Assembly: GCF_009834535.1 (NCBI RefSeq)
Contig: NC_045697.1
Location: 114,578,001 to 114,642,000 of the forward strand
Source of the DNA: Camelus ferus
Lineage: Eukaryota
Direction: 5' to 3'
Length of the DNA stretch: 64,000 bases
The notes under the pieces are model-generated. The model was not told the origin of the DNA. It worked only from the letters and a program-made list of their open reading frames with translations, and searched no databases. Position 1 is the stretch's first letter; each line of letters opens with the position of its first letter. The translations under genes were made by a program, and so were the position numbers. Positions 58,534-64,000 of the stretch are shown one piece after another.

Positions 58534-58987
58534 GCGGGAGGGTAGAGCTTAGTGGTAGAGCACATGCTTAGCATACATGAGGTCCTGGGTTCAATCCTCC
58601 ATTAAAAAATACATAAATAAGCTTAATTACCTCTCCCCCATAATTAAAAAAAAAAAAGAAAGAAAGAAACTGCCACTTTAAAAACAGACTCATGGGCATA
58701 AAAAACAAACTATGGTTACCAAAGGGGAAAGGGAGAGGGAAAGATAAATTAGGAGTTTGAGATTAACAGACACACACTACATATATAAAAGAGATAAAGA
58801 ACAAGGACCTACTGTATAGCACAGGGGACTGTATTTAATTTCTTGTAATAACATACAATGGAAAGGAATCTGAAAAGAAAATATGTGTATATGTATGTAT
58901 GTATCTGTATAACTGAATCACTTTGCTGTACACCTGAAACTCACATTGTAAATCAACTACAATTCAATAAAAAATTTAAAAAAAAAG
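58534..58987 (+). mobile_element. SINE (58534 to about 58684) fused to an L1 3' UTR (about 58685-58987) within one TSD
   Basis: 18-bp TSD aagaatgg(a/t)ggattcaca at 58516-58533 and 58988-59005. Confidence 0.88.
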
Positions 58988-59221
58988 AAGAATGGTGGAT
59001 TCACATAATAGAAACTTTAAAGGAATGATGGACAGTTTGAGATTAAATGTGACAGCAAGAAAGGGAGTGAGATTACAGTGTGTGAAGACATGCCTTCAAA
59101 GACATTGTGTTTTCCTGGCCATTCTCTGAATTATGGATAGAGGAAGTAATTAGAGAGCCCAAACAAGAAGCTAGCTCTATAAATCCACTATGGAAAAAAA
59201 AAAAATCTAAGCCCACCATAA

Positions 59222-59694
59222 CGTAACCAAGCGGGACCCTGGGCGGCCTTCCGGGACCAGACCCCTCCCCCATGCCCTCAGCTGCAGCTCCTCTCTGAAG
59301 CACCCAGATCATAGTATCTCATGTAATTTCCTGAGTGTTTCAGATGCTGAAAACCACCACCAAAGGGAAGAAATGAACTACTTGATGACGGAGAGCATGT
59401 GGCCCCCAGACCTTCTGGTGCCTGAGGGTTGATGGTGTTAACCACCCTGTTCCCTTGATATCAACCAATCAGAGGACTGTGCATGAACTTCACGTACCCT
59501 TTGACCCCCGCCCACCCCACCTGCCCTCAAACAGGCTTTGCTGAAACCCTTCAGAGAGTTCAGGGTTTTCTTGGGCATGAGCCACCCTGTCCTCCTCGCT
59601 CGGCCCTGCTGAACCTTTCTCTGCTCCAAACTTCGATGTTTCAGTTTGTTTGGCCTCATGGTGCAGCGGGCACACAGACTTACCTTGGGCAACG
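59222..59694 (+). mobile_element. ERV1-type solo LTR with atypical CG...CG termini
   Basis: Perfect TSD ataa (59218-59221 and 59695-59698), CCAAT at 59465, U5 similar to the reverse complement of the 10008 LTR. Confidence 0.85.
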
Positions 59695-61359
59695 ATAATG
59701 GCAGTTACTTCGCCGCTCGCCACCTGCGAGACTGGCTGTCCTTAAATAAACACAACTGTTTGTCTCCACCTCCAAGTTCACAGTATATTGTTTTTCCTTT
59801 GAACTGCCTTACCTCCTCCAATGTTTACTTCACTTTGCTACAGCTTTCTTATTGTAACTCTACCTGTCTCAAATTTTTATTCTTAGATCTTAAACTTCTG
59901 GGCAAAGACTATCAACTTTTCATTTTCCACAGCATTCAGTACCTGTATCCCAGAGACAAACAGAAGAAACTGAAGAAGTAAATTAAATGGCAACTGAATT
60001 TCACATTTCTAGGCATCATGAATCAGTACATTTTACACGGAGCAAAAAGAAAAAATTATTTATTTTAATTCAGATTTTAAAATTATTATATTTCATTTGA
60101 TACTTCCAACAGAGTTGAAAATTATTCTTGGAAAAGTTAATGCATCTCCTCTAAAGAAAAGTAGAAACACGGAGCGAGAAAGCTCTTGAGAGATTTTTCT
60201 AACTGACTTTGGAGAGGCTGTGTAACCAAAACAGATGAAAAGAAAAAGTAAGTAAAGAAAATGAAGATTTTCTTGCAACTTTCCAAGATCTGTGTAGGTT
60301 TATAATTTGTCATGCTTCCTCGTCTTCCTATAGAGCGCATAACCATTAGCGGCATGTTTCAGTTGGACAGATTTAAGCACAGTATGTTTTGCCACACAGA
60401 ATGTGTTGCTACTTTTATGATTCCAGAATGTACTGTGCCCTCGGAACAGCAAATGTCGTCATATTAAAGCTCTTGTCATTTGGATTTGCTGAAACAATAG
60501 CTTTTGCCAGAATTCACTCTTTTCTGAAAATGATTGCCTTTTAGGGGTTCTCACAAATAGATTTATTAGCTTTCATGCTGAATAAACAACCAAGAACTTG
60601 CTATGCAGATCGGCCCCAGAAGCTGTTATGGAGGATATATTTCCAACTTTTATGGCAACATCCTTTACTTTTATGTTCTCCCCTCTCTCGAATTGATAAA
60701 TTGAGTTTTGTTTAAAAAATGCAATGGCATAAAGCGGGACGATTTCTTCTGTTTTTCTGGTTTTTGTTTTTTTGTTTTGGGATTTTTTTAAAATATATAA
60801 ACCTAAATCTTGGAGTTTCTTGGTTTTAATGTTCACAGGAACAGAAGTGTTTGTGGTAAAGTTGCTAGAAATGATGATTTGACAGGGATGGACTGAGGCA
60901 CATTTATGAATTAGTAACAAACAAGAACAAAAAAAGTATCATTTAGGAAATGTGGAATCCCTGTAAATTCCTCCACCCCCACCCTCTGGGTTCTTTGTTC
61001 ATTTGTTTTTCTTTGGAGCATGTTGGTTGCTGTTCTGAAGAAATGAGTAAATGTAGAAAAAAGTTATGTCGTGGACATGCTGTTCTGTCAACCAAAATAT
61101 TATTAAATTTTGTGAAGCAAAAGTGCTTTCAGTTACACAGAGAGTTTTAGATACGTAGAGAGAGGGAGGGTAGAGAGGGTATAAGTGAAGGAAGAGGTGA
61201 AGGAGACAGCATCAGAAAAATAGGGATTTCTAGGACCACCCTCACCAAATTTCCTCTTTGTATCTATCCTGCCCTTTTGTGTCTCCACTGCCTGCTTTCG
61301 GAGTTTTCCCTTCTGAAATAGAAACACAGTTGGCGATGCCCTGGGACTAGATGTGGGTG

Positions 61360-61873
61360 TGTAACAGAGAAGAACAAATCTGACTCCGTATTAGTTCTGT
61401 TTCTTTGACTTTAACCCTGTGCCCTGTTTTCTAGGCTCAGTCTTGCTAGCTCTGCACCTTTTGTAAAGAAATGTGGCCTAGAGCCTGAAATATACAGGAG
61501 AGCCCTCCTCAGGTCTCTGACCTTTAAGGACATTAACACTTTTGGACTCATGATAACAAGTTGTAGATTAGAAAATCACGTTTGTTTGGCTGGAGGTTTA
61601 CAGGGGCACCGTGACTTGACCCATGTGGACAGCTGCAAGAACAAAGGATTCCTACACCAAGATGTTACCAACAACCAAACATATCCCTCTCCTTTTTAGT
61701 ATAAAAGGAGCCTAAATTCTGACTTGGGGAAGATGGTTCTCTAGGTCATCAGTCTGCCATCTTCTGGATCTGCTGGCTTTCTGAATAAAGTCACTATTCC
61801 TTGCCCCAACACTTTGTCTCCTGATTTATGGGCCTGTTGTGCAGTGAGCAGAACGAGTTTGGACTTGGTAACA
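61360..61873 (+). mobile_element. ERV1-type solo LTR, family A copy 4
   Basis: TGTAAC...GTAACA termini, TSD ggtg/ggta (one mismatch), TATAAAA and AATAAA present, colinear with the 41885 copy. Confidence 0.93.
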
Positions 61874-63416
61874 GGTAGACCTGATGCTGCATGTTCTATG
61901 TGTCTCTGCCACGTTATAGCACGTTCAGATATATATTTCTCATACTTTTAGCAGAAAATAATATTTTCATTAAAACAGACAAAAGTGACTGCAGTATCCC
62001 ATGATGGGAACCTGATTGACAAAGCTGAGGTTTGGTAATGCATTTTCTCCAATCTCTGTTTCTCCAACATCCTGAAAGATTTCTTCTGAACTAAGTGTTC
62101 AGTCCTTTAACCCACAGAGAGGTCTCAGCTAAGCTGGATCAGCCTGAATTACTTGGGTCCTTTCCACCTAGATGACCAGAGATAGTGTCATAGACCTGCA
62201 ATGTGCACAGCACGTCTGCTAAACAGACCCCGCACTTGTCACTGTCCCAAATTCAGCTTCTTTTAATACTTAACATTTGCTTATTACCAATTTTTCATCC
62301 TATGTGAACCTAACCAAAGTTGAAGACCCTTGCCCTAGGAAAGAATGAATGTATACCTCCAACCTAGATGTTAAGGGAAAGACATTAGGCTAAGGTTCAG
62401 GAGACCTAGTTCAGACTTGGCTCAACCAAGACCTTCAGGCATTCCACTTCTGGGATTCAACTCTACTTCTCATAGTGGGGAAGATAAATGAGATACCTTT
62501 GAGTAAAGGATATAAAAATGCTTTCAAAAGTAAAAGTCTACATGTATGAAATTCCAGTAAAAGGCAGCTTACATGTATGAAATGCAAGTGTCAGAGAAAT
62601 CCAAGACGGGAAAGACCTGGCAATGGAATACACGTTGGGTGGAAGCCCTGCATGGAGGGTGGTTCTCAATTTCCTGCCAAGGAACTAGAAAAATACTCTA
62701 CATGATTAAGCAATGTGTCTAAGTGTAACAAACAACACAGCAACCTTCCTTTATCTGCTGTTGTTTTCTACAAGTGTTTATGCCTTGGCATCTGCCTTCA
62801 CACTTCTTCCAAGAGTGCTTGGTAAGGAAGAGTGAGGGGTAAGGAGGCAAAGACAGTGTTTTCACACTACCCTTTCTTCAAGAGGCTTTCTTGCCCAGAG
62901 CTGTGAAGCAGTAATGCATAAGCTAGGTCTACTCAATGAATAAACTGGTTTATATATAAGCGAGAAATTGTCTGATAAGTTTGCACTTTTCATATTTCTG
63001 GGCAAACTATTTCTACCTTCTGGAAATTTCCTACATGCATGTTTTAGAATACATTATTTTTTTTGAGTGCATAGGTTTCCAGGGTATGTCAGTTTAGGGT
63101 GCAGTCCAGTCTGTGTTGGGAATAATAGCAACAAAACTAGCTGGTGGTCATTTCACAATTGCCATGTGACAATGCCATTCTAATAATTTTATATTTATTG
63201 ACTCGCTTAATTTCCCATAATCCTTGAGTTGCATACTTTGAAAACTCCCATTTTAGAGATGAAGAAACTGGGGTACATGGTGCTTAAGTACTTTATTTTA
63301 AAAAATCCCAAGTCTAGTAAATGACAAAGCAATTCTGTGCAGTGTGGTTAAGTCAGGTGGTTCTGCTGGACTGGTTAAAGATTATTAGGCATGTAGAATT
63401 ACCATTCCTCTCCCAG

Positions 63417-63462
63417 TGCATGCACACGCGTGCACGCACACACACACACACACACACACACA
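63417..63462. repeat. (CA)n microsatellite with alternating purine/pyrimidine flank
   Basis: tgcatgcacacgcgtgcacgcacacacaca... Confidence 0.9.
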
Positions 63463-64000
63463 ATTTGTATGAATTAATATGCTGGGTAATGCCTAATTTT
63501 CTTTTGAATCTTGGATGCCAGTTCAGAGTTTTTCAAAAATGGGATGGTATACAAGGGAGGTTTGTTGGTAAGGGAAATGTGGATATAGGAATGCTTTAGA
63601 TCTTGATTGATGGAGAGTTAAACATTTGTGGCAGGTTCTCAGCACACCTGGTGTGGGTTCAGAACCCAGGAGACCAAGAAGCACAGAGATCTGGGCATAA
63701 AGGCATGCTGCCTCCCAATTCTCCATTCTAGAAGGCTTAGGCATTGTCAGCTCTCAGACGGTCACAAGCAAATGGCAGCTTTACTTGGTTAGGCATTATT
63801 CTCATCTGGGATGTGAGAGGCAATTGAATTTCTCATTTCTACCAATAATAATTCAAAAATATTAAAATGTACAGTTCCATTTTCCCCATTCACGGGAGCT
63901 AAATGAAGAGATCTAACATTGCAAAGAAATGAGCCAAGGGAGCTAATCAGTCAGGGACTTGGCAGGAAAAACAGAAACCAAACTGGGTATTTGAAATGAG

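Overview
AT-rich mammalian genomic DNA, most likely camelid (inferred from Vic-1-type tRNA-derived SINEs and artiodactyl-type L1 3' ends). The only protein-coding sequence I can support is the terminal coding exon of FSTL5 (follistatin-like 5): + strand, 29369-30071, with a 3' UTR probably reaching about 31930. Positions 1-29368 are most likely part of its last intron and the rest is downstream intergenic DNA. Nearly everything else is transposon-derived: six tRNA-derived SINEs, young and old L1 fragments, eight ERV1-type solo LTRs (seven between 41.9 and 61.9 kb), MaLR/ERVL LTRs, MER2/MER3, MIR and L2. Repeat family names are from recognition, not from a database search. I found no credible new gene system. 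The best oddities are: (i) a SINE-L1 chimeric insertion inside one target-site duplication; (ii) a solo LTR with CG...CG termini and no poly(A) signal, which together with a CpG/GC3-rich FSTL5 exon hints at local GC-biased conversion; (iii) a C-rich minisatellite/G4 just upstream of the FSTL5 acceptor; (iv) a dense cluster of independently inserted solo LTRs.
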